Below are positions 11,831-22,806 of a stretch of DNA of 64,000 nt, one piece after another. A program made the translations under genes and the position numbers. The stretch is from Myxine glutinosa (Eukaryota), in assembly GCF_040869285.1 (NCBI RefSeq), contig NC_090432.1. The stretch is one strand, 5' to 3'. The first letter of the stretch is position 1. Every line of letters starts with the position of its first letter. The notes below the pieces were generated by a model, which did not search any database, was not told the DNA's origin, and saw only the letters and a list, made by a program, of their open reading frames with translations.

Positions 11831-12246
11831 CTAGGACGTGCCCGTACGTGGGTGCCCGTACGTGCGTGCAAAAAAACATGCGTGCAAACAACAACAACAA
11901 AAAAAAACTTTGAAACCACGTGGCAGTAACGACCACAGAACCCCCCCCCCCCCTCTATTTACATGAAATGGTTTGGTCCATTCGCAACGACCACAGAACC
12001 CCCCCCCCCCCCCCCCCCTCTATTTACATGAAATGGTTTGGTCCATTCGCAAAGCCAAAGCGAACGGCGAACGGCTATCGGTAACTACTTGTCCGATTAA
12101 TATGAAACCTTGAAAAGGCACATCCTCGGGTCCCCAGCAATATACCTGGCAAGTTTCAAGTATATCGGACCCGTGGTTGTCGAGAAACAGCGGTCACAGG
12201 CACACAGACACACATACACACAGAGATTACTGGAATTATAGATAGA
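11831..12246 (-). mobile_element. Helitron-like element H4 (shorter divergent variant)
   Basis: A|CTAGGACGTGCCCGTAC ... GGAATTATAGATAGA|T; the body matches H1-H3. Confidence 0.5.
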
Positions 12247-12299
12247 TAGGAGGTTGGTACGATTCGGCCAAGGAATCCCAGAGATAATTGCAATTAAGT

Positions 12300-12915
12300 G
12301 AGCCGTGACGTCACGGAACGCACCGCCGGTAATATATTATAATTTATGGTAATCTATGCAGCACGACATGGTCATCACGGAAAACAAGGCACCTTTGCCG
12401 GCGCAAAACGGCTCTCCCAGGGTCAAACTCGGTATCGTTGTGAGCGCACGGTACAGCCCTTCAAGAAAAAGTTTATTTTGTAAAAATCGAACCACGCGTT
12501 AAAAATATATGACTGGTTTTGTTCGCCGGCACGTCGGCGCTCGAATCGGCTCGCGATAAAATCCAACACGTCCTTTGTCGGGGTCGTCTGAACCAACCAC
12601 GGGGCCTAGAAGGCTGGGACTGGTCTCAAATGTTAGGTCTCGATCATATCTCGTAATGCTGGAAGCTGCACGTCTCTGATAATCTTGTGGACCATGACAA
12701 GAGATCGTGCGAGTCGCTCGCAACGGCTTCAAGCACTTCCGCATTCGACCATTTCATGAACGCCATACGCCCCGCCCATCAAAGCGCGTACGTATTAAAC
12801 GAACATACAGTGGCCCATGTGTCGTCATTTGCGCATGCGCCAAAGTCTTTGCAGGAACATGAAGCATCGGAACAGCGCATTTGCGCATGCGCAAGAGTGA
12901 GAACCGCCTGTGCAC
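12300..12915. promoter_or_regulatory. CpG-rich unique segment with promoter-type motifs (possible host CpG island)
   Basis: CCGTGACGTCACGG (CRE palindrome) at ~12305; GCGCATGCGC twice at ~12834 and ~12884 (NRF1-like consensus); high CpG density unlike the surrounding repeats. Confidence 0.25.
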
Positions 12916-12916
12916 C

Positions 12917-13178
12917 ATTACGCTAACAGAAGCGCTGGCGCTGCGAAGCGCTAGAGGGAGCGCTGCGCTCCCTCCCTTCGATTCCCTGCCTCTTCTGCTA
13001 GCGCTTCTGCGCTAATACGCTAATTTTAAAACCCGAAGTTTATTAAAATTTAAGGTGTGCTGTAGTTGCTCTGAGACGTACTGATTCCGAATATGCCTTT
13101 GGTTTTTCTCTGCGATGAGTAGTTCTCGAGTTATAAGAGGACAAACAAACAAACATACTTTACTGCTTTATATATATA
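12917..13178 (+). repeat. R270 copy 2
   Basis: ~97% identical to 11575-11830. Confidence 0.7.
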
Positions 13179-14339
13179 CAGTGAAACCTTGACTTACGAG
13201 TTTAATTCGTTCTGTGACCGAGCTCGTAACTCAATTTGCTCGTTTCTCAAATTAAATTTCCCCATTAAAATGAATTGAAATGCTATTAATCCGTTCCAGC
13301 CCGCCAAAAACCACACCAATCGTTTTTGAAATATACAGTATATATAAAAATATCTCGCGCTTTATATTTCACCTGTATGCAGCATACAAGTTGGCAGGAT
13401 GGCCTGGACTGGAGGTACGCACACTTGACTCTAAACTGTCCAGCCTGGATTTGAATCCCGACCCAGCTATAACCTGTCATGTCGGTGTTTCACAGGCAGG
13501 GTGATTCATCAATGTGTGTACCGCTAAACTGGGCGCCCCGTTTGCGTCCCATTAGTTGTTGGATGTTAAGGATCTCACCGTGTCTTCCACAAAGAGAAGG
13601 CGAGCTATCGCCGGCACTCTGAACAAGTTGTGGCCTGGCATGCTCTTCTCCTCTGCCGTTATATACGTCCTCCTCGGCATCTTTTTCCAGAAGAGCCCTG
13701 TCTCGTCACAGTTGAAGATTTGCTGGGGGATGTATCCTTCGGCTTCTATCAGTTCGGCAAAAGTTATAATAAAATCTTCAGCTGCCTTCACATCCGAGCT
13801 TGCTGCCTCACCATGCCTGACGACGGAGTGAATGCCGGTCCTCTTCTTAAAATTATCAAACCATCCCCGACTGGCTTTGAATGACTCTTCCGATGCCTCG
13901 TCCGTTGATGTTCCCGCCGTCTGCTGCACCAAATCCCCATAAATGTCTCGGGCCTTCTCACACATGATGCTCTCGGTCACGGTATCTCCTGCGAGCTGCT
14001 TCTCCGTCAACCACACAAACAACAACTTCTCCATCTCTTCATGGATAGAGGTCGGAGCTTTGAAATAATCTTAACGCCCTTGGCTGGCGTTATAGCCTTT
14101 ATCGACTCCTTCTGCTTCAAAATCGTACATATCGTAGAAGTACTACGATCGTACTGCCTCGCCAAGTCGACAACACGCACACCTCGCTCATGTTTTTCGA
14201 CGATTACGTGTTTTATATCCAAGCTCGCTCGCTCGTAACTCAGATCTCGGCTCGCATCACAAAGCAAAAAATCGACCGAGCGACGGCTCGTATCTCGGAA
14301 AACTCGTAAGTTGGTGCACTCGTAAGTCAAGGTTTCACT
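13179..14339 (-). mobile_element. pogo/Tigger-like (Tc1/mariner superfamily) internally deleted DNA transposon with TA target-site duplication
   Basis: TIRs CAGTGAAACCTTGACTTACGAG at 13179 and the reverse complement at 14339, flanked by TA/TA; minus-strand ORFs encode a CENP-B-like HTH (14007-14444) and the start of the DDE domain (FNCDETGLFWKKMPRRTYI, 13552-14034); only ~1.16 kb long. Confidence 0.7.
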
Positions 14340-14340
14340 G

Positions 14341-14341
<1 letters not shown>

Positions 14342-14417
<76 letters not shown>
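14342..14417. repeat. (CA)n microsatellite
   Basis: Direct reading. Confidence 0.95.
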
Positions 14418-14420
<3 letters not shown>

Positions 14421-14679
14421 CTTGGCTCGGCTCGCTACGCTCACCTCATCATGCGTCGTTAGAGGAACAGGCTTATTTTAGCTGAGGATAATGACTGTAC
14501 CTGAGTTGCTGTGCTGTCATGATTTACACCAATCATAATACAATTATTTTGCACAAATGTATTTGTAGTGTTTGTGATATTACATTTTTATTCGCGGTTT
14601 AGGTTGAAATTTTTTTTAAAGAAACCTCAGCACATACATACCTCGGTCGGTGCAGACTGGAAGTTTGTGACAAATACAC

Positions 14680-14860
14680 CTCACCGCCACGAAATTAAAA
14701 ACACCTCACCACCAAGGAATTCAAAACACCTCACCACCACGGAATTCAAAACACCTCACCACCACGTAATTCAAAACACCTCACCACCACGAAATTCAAA
14801 AACTCACCACCACGAAATTAAAAACACCGCACCACCACAAAATTAAAAACACCTCAGCAC
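14680..14860. repeat. ~30-bp minisatellite (ACACCTCACCACCACGRAATTCAAAAC)n
   Basis: Direct reading; the ORF 14568-14846 is a translation of the repeat. Confidence 0.85.
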
Positions 14861-14889
14861 CAATACACATGAAAGGCTGCTTGGAGTTT

Positions 14890-15686
14890 GAAAAAAAACA
14901 CCTAAAGGACTCAGACTGTGAGAAACAAGATTCTGTGGGCTTTCATGCGTCTTTCACTGAGGAGAGGCTTCTGTCTGGTCACTCTGCCATAAGCCCAGAT
15001 CGGTGGAGTGTTGCAGTGATGGTTGTCCTTCTGGAAGTTTCTCCCATCTCCACACAAGATCTCTGGAGCTCAGCCAGAGTGACCATTGGGTTATTGGTCA
15101 CCTCTCTTACCAAGGCCCTTATCCCCCGATTGCTCAGTTTGGCCGGGCGGCCAGCTCTAGGAAGAGTCCTGGTTGTTCCAAACTTCTTCCATTTAAGAAT
15201 TATGGAGGCCACTGTGCTCTTGGGAACCTTCAATGCAGCAGACATTTTTTTGTAGGCTTCCCCAAATCTGTGCCTCGACACAATCCTGTCTCTGAGCTCT
15301 GCAGGTAGTTCCTTCGATCTCATGGCTTGGTATTTGCCCTGATATGCATTGTCCGCTGTGAGACCTTATATAGACAGGTGTGTGCCTTTCCAAATTATGT
15401 CCAATCAATGGAATTTACCACAGGTGGACTCCAATCAAGGTGTAGAAACATCTCAAAGATGATCAAGAGAAATGGGAGGCACCTGAGCTAAATTTCAAGT
15501 GTCACAGCAAAGCGAATACTTATGTAAATGTGATACTTCAGTTTTTTTCTTTTTAATAAATTTGCAAAACTTTCTAAAATCCTGTTTTCTCTTTGTCATT
15601 ATGGGGTATTGAGTGTAGATTGATGAGGGAAAAAATGAATATAAACGATTTCAGCATAAGGCTGCAACATAATGTATATACTTTCT
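14890..15686 (-). mobile_element. Tc1-like transposon (vertebrate/salmonid type), 5' half only, 3'-truncated
   Basis: Terminal TA|CAGTGCATTCAGAAAGTAT... at 15686 (minus strand) with the internal ...CATCAATCTACACTCAATACCCCATAATGACAAAG... typical of fish Tc1 left ends; the transposase N-terminus MRSKELPAELRDRIVSRHRFGEAYKKMSAALKVPKSTVASIILKWKKFGTTRTLPRAGRPAKLS is homologous to Sleeping-Beauty-type transposases. Confidence 0.8.
14905..15323 (-). pseudogene. Tc1 transposase N-terminal (HTH) fragment, frameshifted and truncated
   Basis: ORF 14979-15323 continues in another frame (RQKPLLSERHMKA) and then stops. Confidence 0.75.
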
Positions 15687-15779
15687 GAATGCACTGTATA
15701 TAGAACGACCAGGTAACGATCAAGTATATAGATTCTAAATCGAACGATATATAGTTCTATATAGAACGATCAGGTTATA

Positions 15780-16335
15780 TCACGCAGTGATGGAGAGTGT
15801 CCTTAGACTGTCCTTCACCGTTTGGTATGGCAGCTCGACAAAGGACGACCGATCCCAACTTGACAGGGCAGTAAAGAGTGCTTGTAAAATTATTGGGTGC
15901 GATCTGCCTTCCATAAAGAGCCTACACTACATTTGGGTAGAAAAAATAGCAAAAGCTATCATCCAGGGTGAGTTCCACCCAGCACATGATATGTTCGAAC
16001 TTCTTCGTTCGGGTAAACGTTATCCGTTATCGTTCCATCAAAACCAACTGTAATCGCTTGCACGACAGCTTTTACCCAACTGCAATCCGCACTCAATGAA
16101 TCTGTCTAAAGTTTTGTGAACACCTAAAGCATGGTTTTGGATATTTTAAACAATGCCACATTTAATTTTCTCATTTCATTTTATCACCGAAATGTTGTTT
16201 TAAGGCTCGCTATTCACAATGAATCCATTTCTTTTTCAATGTAATTTTTTCAGCACACTGTCAAAGTACTTCTCATTGCATGTGTGTCGCATATACATGA
16301 CAATAAATGATTATTACTATTATTATTATTATTAC
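15780..16335 (+). mobile_element. 5'-truncated LINE 3' end (teleost-type ORF2 C-terminus + 3' UTR ending in (ATT)n)
   Basis: ORF 15787-16053 ...LSFTVWYGSSTKDDRSQLDRAVKSACKIIGCDLPSIKSLHYIW...HPAHDMFELLRSGKRY resembles the conserved C-terminal tail of fish CR1/L2-type LINEs (SHPSHRLFSLLPSGKRYRS... pattern); microsatellite tail at 16310-16335. Confidence 0.55.
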
Positions 16336-18359
16336 ATAAAAAATAGCAAGGCTGAAGAAAGATTTGCATTAGAAATGACTAATTTATAGATCAATTGTAC
16401 ACAGAGTGCAAGGTCGACTAAATACTTGTACCGTACACCAAGTTATAACAGCAAACCTTTAGGATGAACTCTGGGTTTTTCAGAGCAAGCCGTGTAGCAA
16501 GATCTATAATTGTAGCACAAGCAGAGCCTTCAGTCTTCTCCCAGGTCAGCCCAACAATGAGCGCCATGCTCACAGCATTCACCAATGCCAGCTAAGAAAG
16601 AATAAACAAGCAAAGTGAAACTGTAGGCCTAAAAACAAGCCTCAATATAGCCAATCTGAAAGAAACCGCTACATAATTTAGCTATAGTTTCTGAATAAAA
16701 TATCACAAGTTGAAAAATGTCAACAAAACCAGCGGTATGTTTTAAGGGTTGCTGTTGCTCGTGAACAAATCTGACGGGAATGTTGGAAAACCCGGAAAAA
16801 AAAAAAGATTGACCTCAGCAAACCACAGAGTACACACACTGAAAATTTTGCTGCTTCTTCCTCCTCCTCTTTTTGCACACCCATACACTTGAATCAGCAA
16901 ATATGGTGTGAAAAAAAACCTTCAACACCAACATTCCTCAGACTCAGAGGGCTGACAAAACAATTAGTCATAATCAGGAAGAGGATGAACTCGGTGTACA
17001 TGAGGGTGATAGCGATCAACTCACTAACAGGAGGAAGACCATGATTATACACCGATATCTAAACTTTACTCTATTAATAAAATTCATTGTTAAGCAGTTA
17101 TTCTTAAGACCAAATGATTGTTTTCACAGCAGTTTACTTTATTTCACAGGAAGAAAACAAAAAAACCCCCATGATGAAAATGAGTACAGCATTCCAGTTA
17201 TGAACTCACCAGTTCTACCCAACACCAGTCACATTATGGAAAAATGTCCAGTGCCCAAAATCACTGCTGCCCATTCTGATTCATGCACCATTATAGTAGA
17301 TCAGGGTTATGCTCTTCATAACCATGCCAGGTGTTTATAAGCAGACAATGCTGTCAAAACTATTTGACTGCATCACGGATTCAGACGTCTTCGTCTTCTT
17401 CCGTATACTCAAAAAATACTTCTGAATATACTGTCGTCCGTGCCGATAAAGACCGGTCTCGGATGGATTGCCGATCGAGCTTTACACTCCAAGGCGTTCA
17501 GCAAAAATATAGCAGAAAATACGTGCGTGGGGGAGGGCGAAGAGCTTACCTTCACAGGTCCCACTGGACTTCTTCAGACCTGCGATGATTAATTCAAGCC
17601 GACATGATTTAAAATGTACAAAAATACCGGCTTTATTGAAGAAATGCCGGTAACAAAATAACACACGGCAAAACTAAGATTCCTAAATGGGACGTCCCCA
17701 TACAGACTCATATACCACACAAAGGAGAAAAATAACTGGTGAAAATAAATGTGTGTGTTTTTAGGTACTTAGCTCCGAGCGTCTCCTGAATCACCTCGGG
17801 AATCGTCAACCCCCGCCCCCACTCCCACCCCCCACCCCTGGAGGGAACAGCACAGGCCTCCATGCACAGTTCGCTCGCGGGAAACGCAGGCATCGGTCCG
17901 CAGTTCGCTCCTCCTCACGATCATGGTGATGATGTCGGAACACGACCGTTCACCACCAAACCCCACAGACAAGAGCTCGTAAACTTCGGCCTTTCGTTGA
18001 GAATGTCCCACCGCAAGAGAGAAAATGTCGGGGAGTACATTCTTTTGTATTCAGGGCTCTGACATCATCCGACGCTGCCTATGCCTGCTCATATCAGCCA
18101 GTCCCTCTCTTCGTTGCTCGACAAATCTCACCAATCACTGCTCTCCGGGGAGTGGCCTCCTGGACATGCCTGCTTGATGTTATCACACGTCGGTGGTATG
18201 TTGGTGTTGGTGCTCAAAGTCCTGTTTCCAGTTAGGTTTTATTTAGTGTTTTTTAATGCGCTGTTGCCTGGCTTTGTGTGTGTGTTGCATTGTCATAAGA
18301 AACAGAGGGAAAATAACAGAGGCATTTACATACAGGGATTTATTACCCATACTCCCGAA

Positions 18360-18575
18360 CTAATTATGGCATTTACTATCCCGGTGTGTACCCCGGTTTA
18401 GAATAGGTACACCGTATCCCTGCGCATCGTAAGAGGCGACTAAGGAAGGGTTGGCGCCAGGAAGGGTATCCGGCCATAAAAAAAAACATTGCCTCAAACA
18501 GGGAACCATGATTGTCATGGGGCCCGCAAGGCTAACCCCTGCTCCAGCAGGGAAAATGGCCTTAAAACGATCATT
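18360..18575 (+). mobile_element. LINE-B internal-deletion derivative (5' UTR joined to the 3' tail), SINE-sized
   Basis: Left part equals the reverse complement of 9246-9395 (LINE-B 5' UTR); right part GTCATGGGGCCCGCAAGGCTAACCC...GGAAAATGGCCTTAAAACG equals the LINE-B 3' tail; the junction lies at the ACCATGA/TTGTCATGG microhomology. Confidence 0.6.
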
Positions 18576-18919
18576 CATTATTCATTCATTCATATTCATT
18601 CATACTCCCTAACTAATTAACATAACCCCACCCCCCTCATCGGGACACATACTTACACGACATATGTCCACCGGATCCCTACTTATGTGCATGGAGAGTT
18701 CTTCTTCTTCATCATCGCGACATGCAGAGCATGGTTATCTATACACTTCTACCTGGACTAAGGTAATTATTGCCTAACCCCCACAAATGTAACAATACAT
18801 TGGGCCTAACAGAGCAGCAAAATGCTGGAGGTATGACTGTTTGGTATAAGCATTGGTATCAAGAAGCAGAAGCACCAAAATGCTATTGTTGCAGTTAAAG
18901 CAACACGTTAAAGCAACAA

Positions 18920-21900
18920 TTGCTATCTTTATAAAAAAACTCTTCCTCACTCGCCCTGCACTGCCCTCTCTCCACCTCACCCCCAGGAATACCTTTGGCT
19001 ACGGCTTCCCCTTCGCTCCCACCTTTTGTTCATACGTGTGTTGTACCGTCCACCAAACAGTGATGACTCCATCTACATCTCGCTGTCTGATAATATGGAC
19101 CAACTTCTATCTACCCATCCCAACTCTCTCTTCTTCATATGTGGTGATTTCAATTGTCACCATGCCATTTGGCTGGGTGTGGGTACCTCTCTCACCAGCC
19201 ATGGCTCTTCAGCAAAGGACTTCTGTGACTCACTGGGACTGACACAATCTGTCAATTTCCCGACCCGGATCTCAGTCAACGGAGCATCTTCTCTTCTGGA
19301 CTTGGTTATGACTAACTTCCCTGAAAATGTCTGCTGCTCTTCTTCTGCTCCAATCGGCTCATCTGATCATGTGCTTGTTAAAGTGGACATCTCTCTGACC
19401 ATTCTCAGAGAGCCTCCTCAGCGTCGACGAGTCTGGCATTTCACTCAGGCCAACTGGCACGGTCTTCTAGCAGCCATCAATCATCTGGACTGGTCTCCCA
19501 TCTCTACCGCCTCTGACATCAACTCATCCTGGGAATTCTTCCAAAGCAAACTGCTCTCTCTCATGCACAGATTTATCCCATCCCGTCTTCAGTTGTCATA
19601 CCCATCCTCCCGTCCATGGTACACGGAATCTTGTAGTGAGGCTATTGCCCAGAAACAACTTGCTTTCGTCTCCTGGAAAGCAAATCCAACGGAAAGAAAT
19701 CTAATTTCCTTCCACAAAGCCCGAAACAAGTGTGTGTCCACCCTCAGGAGAGCCAGGAAACAATATCTCTCCATTCTGAGGACAGAACTCTCTTATCTGT
19801 CTCCCTCTTCCAAATCCTGGTGGCGTCTGGTCAAATCTGTTTCTGGTGTTTGTTCCCCCTCCATCCCCTCCCTCACCGCAAACGGCCACAAGGCTGACTC
19901 CGCATGTGAAAAAGCTTAATGCCTCAACTCTGTGTTTGCCTCTAAATCTTGTGTCCAAAACCCATCCCTCTCTGTACCCACCGTACCCAGTCGTACCCAG
20001 CTGCTCCTGGACTCTGTGTCCTTTCCTCCTGACAAGGTGGAAAAGTTTCTGTCAACCCTCGACTCTGATTCTGCAACTGGACCTAACGGCATCAGCCCAC
20101 GGGTCCTAAAATCCTGTTCTTCCGCTCTTTCACTCCCTCTCTCTGTTCTCTTCACCCTCTCTTTTGCTCAAGGTCATCAAGGTCATCAAGGTCTTTTGCT
20201 CAAGGTCAAGGTCATCAACTGCTTGGAAATCTGCCAACATCACCGCTTTGCACAAAAAAGGTGCAAAAACAGATCCCAGCAACTACAGACCCATCAGCCT
20301 TCTCCCAATTATCAGCAAAGTCATGGAATCCATCATTGCTTCAGATATGAAATCTTTCCTCTTCTCCAATGGCTTGATCTTTGATCATCAATTTGGTTTC
20401 AGACCTGGTCACTCTACTCTGGACATGCTGCTTCTGCTTTCTCAACAATGGATGGAGGTCCTCAATGCCAAACAGGAAATTAGAGCCGTCTCCCTTGACA
20501 TATCACGTGCCTTCGATACGGTCTGGCACCCCGCCCTGCTCACCAAACTCTCCTCTTTTGGTATCCATGGAAATCTCCACGCATGGCTGGCGGACTTCCT
20601 CTCTAATCGGTCAACATGTGGCCCTGATTGGGTTTCTCTCATCTCCTCTTCCTGTTCAGGCTGGAGTTCCCCAAGGCAGTGTTCTGGGCCCTGTGCTTTT
20701 TCTGTTCTTCATCAATGATCTCTCTGACTCTCGAAAATCCTCTCTATCTCTTTGCTGATGACTCTACTCTCCGTCGCTCCATTCTTCATCCCTCAGATTG
20801 GCAGTCTGCAGCCTCCTCACTCTCTGCAGACCTGGAGAAAATCACAGACTGGGCAAACAAGTGGAACATGTCTTTCAATCCTGACAAATCTCACACTCTT
20901 ACGATGTCTCTCCGAAAAGACCGACTGGACAACCCTCCCATCCACTTTCTGAATAATCCTCTCCAAGAAGTTCTGTCACTCAAGCTTTTGGGTCTCACTA
21001 TCTGCCATGATCTTTCCTGGGAAAACCACATTTCAAATCTGGCCTCCAAAGCCAGTTGCCGACTGGGCATCCTCTGTCGTGCGAAGTCCTTCCTTGGCAC
21101 ACCTGAGCTGCTCACCACATACAAGGCATTCATCCGCAGCTCAATGAAATACTGCTCTCCCCTCTGGGCTGGTGCTCCTGCCTCACACCTAGCCTGTCTT
21201 CACGCTGTTGAAACCAAAGCATTCAGAATCATTGGAATCTCCCACGATGAAGCCAACTCCAAGGGCCTCTCACTCACTCACCGCAGGCAAGTTGGTGGTC
21301 TTTCCGTCTTCTACCGACTCCTCTCTGGCCTTGCCCCCCCCAGCTCTCTCTGGGCTCTGTCCCACAAATATTCCTACAGGTCGCACAAGATCTGCCTGCA
21401 ACCCTCTTATGGTTAAACTGCCAAAATCAAGACTCTCTGCTCACCTTCACTCCTTCATTCCTCTTTTCTCCCGCCTCTGGAACAAACTCCCTCACTCTCT
21501 TCGATCCCACTCCACCCTCCAGGTCTAAAACAGCTGTTCACCACCATCTTTTATCTTCCCCCATCCAAAACCTTGATCTTTTCTACCCCCGCTAATTTCA
21601 CCCCAATTCCACTTTTTTGAAATACCAACTTCTGTCCTGGAAGTCCTTGGTGTTTTATACTTCTCCCTCCCCCCCCCACCCCCCCTTCCCACGCCTCCTC
21701 CCCCCAAGCCCTCTCCCTCCCACACATCTCCCTGCTCTCAAATGTTGTGTGCTCTCAAGTGTTTGTGTGCTTCCCCTTCTCTCCCCATCTTGTCTTCCGC
21801 TCCCTCTTTTTATATATTTTGTTTGTCTGGTTGATTTGTTTATGAAGTAAATGTCAGCTCTTTCACGAGCCTCGATTCAGTATACACACACAAAAAAAAA

Positions 21901-21923
21901 AGAAAAAAAAAAAAAAAAAAAAA
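18920..21923 (+). mobile_element. LINE family A copy B, 5'-truncated, frameshifted, poly(A) at 21890-21923
   Basis: Co-linear with copy C from the middle of the endonuclease onward; ORF fragments 19026-19919, 20164-20718 and 20628-21416; an extra (CAAGGTCAT)n insert at ~20165-20220. Confidence 0.85.
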
Positions 21924-21959
21924 GGTTGCAGAATGGAAAACCTGGGTATTTCCAAATAG

Positions 21960-22344
21960 CAAAAAATTTAAAAAATTAAATAAAATACTAAATGAAAATT
22001 GATGATTTTATGCAGCCTTGACGTTTGACCTTTCGATCTAAAAATATATATATTAACTCCTACCTTTTGATTAGTGAACTAATTCAGTGAACCAATATGA
22101 AAATTCTTTAAATTTCAGGTCAATCAGGTGAAAATTGACGATTCGTGATGCTGAACTTTTGACTAAATTATTAATTTGCCTTCTCCATAGTCTTATAATC
22201 AAGCTTTGTTGAATATATGATGACAAAACTCAAATGGTAAATTTAAATTTCAGGTCAATTAGATGAAAACTGATGACTTTACGTGACACTGACCTTTGAC
22301 TTTTTGACAAAAATTATTCATTTGCTTTCTCCATATTATCATAA
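21960..22344. repeat. ~165-bp satellite-like interspersed repeat (family also at 31440-31790 and 37890-38760)
   Basis: Unit ...CAATATGCAAATTCTTAAAATTTCAGGTCAATTGGATGAAAATTGACGATTTTATG...GACCTTTGACCTTTTGA...CTTCTCCATATTATCATAATAAAGCTTTGTTGAAAATTTGATGACAAAACTCAAATGGTAAA. Confidence 0.7.
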
Positions 22345-22806
22345 CTAGGGCATGCCCGTACTATATATATGCCCGTACTATATATCTATCTAAAATTATA
22401 TCCCCCCCCTCTATTTACATGAAATGGTTTGGTCCATTCGCAACGCCAAAGCGAACGGCGAACGGCTTGCGAGTACAGTGACAATCCCCCCCCCTCTATT
22501 TACATGAAATGGTTTCGTCCATTCGCAACGACCACAGAACCCCCCCCTCTATTTACATGGAATGGTTTGGTCCATTCGCAACGCCGGCACACGCGATCGT
22601 TCGCTGCTCTCTGATTGGTTGAATCGTTTTTTGGACATAGCTCGGTAAGTAATTGTCCGATTAATATGAAACCTTGAAAAGGCACATCCTCGGGTCCCCA
22701 GCAATATACCTGGCAAGTTAAAAGTATATCGGACCCGTGGTTGTCGAGAAACAGCGGTCACAGACAAACAAACGTACAGACAGAGATTACTGGAATTATA
22801 GATAGA
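22345..22806 (-). mobile_element. Helitron-like element H5 inserted into the 165-bp repeat
   Basis: TCATAA|CTAGGGCATGCCC ... ATAGATAGA|TAAAGC; the uninterrupted paralog reads TCATAATAAAGG (38677-38690). Confidence 0.6.

Noticed and set aside
14680-14860. CRISPR-like regular repeats
   Set aside because: This is a eukaryotic context. The units are contiguous with no unique spacers, so it is a minisatellite. The same applies to 44455-45660, 50690-51271 and 62975-63745.
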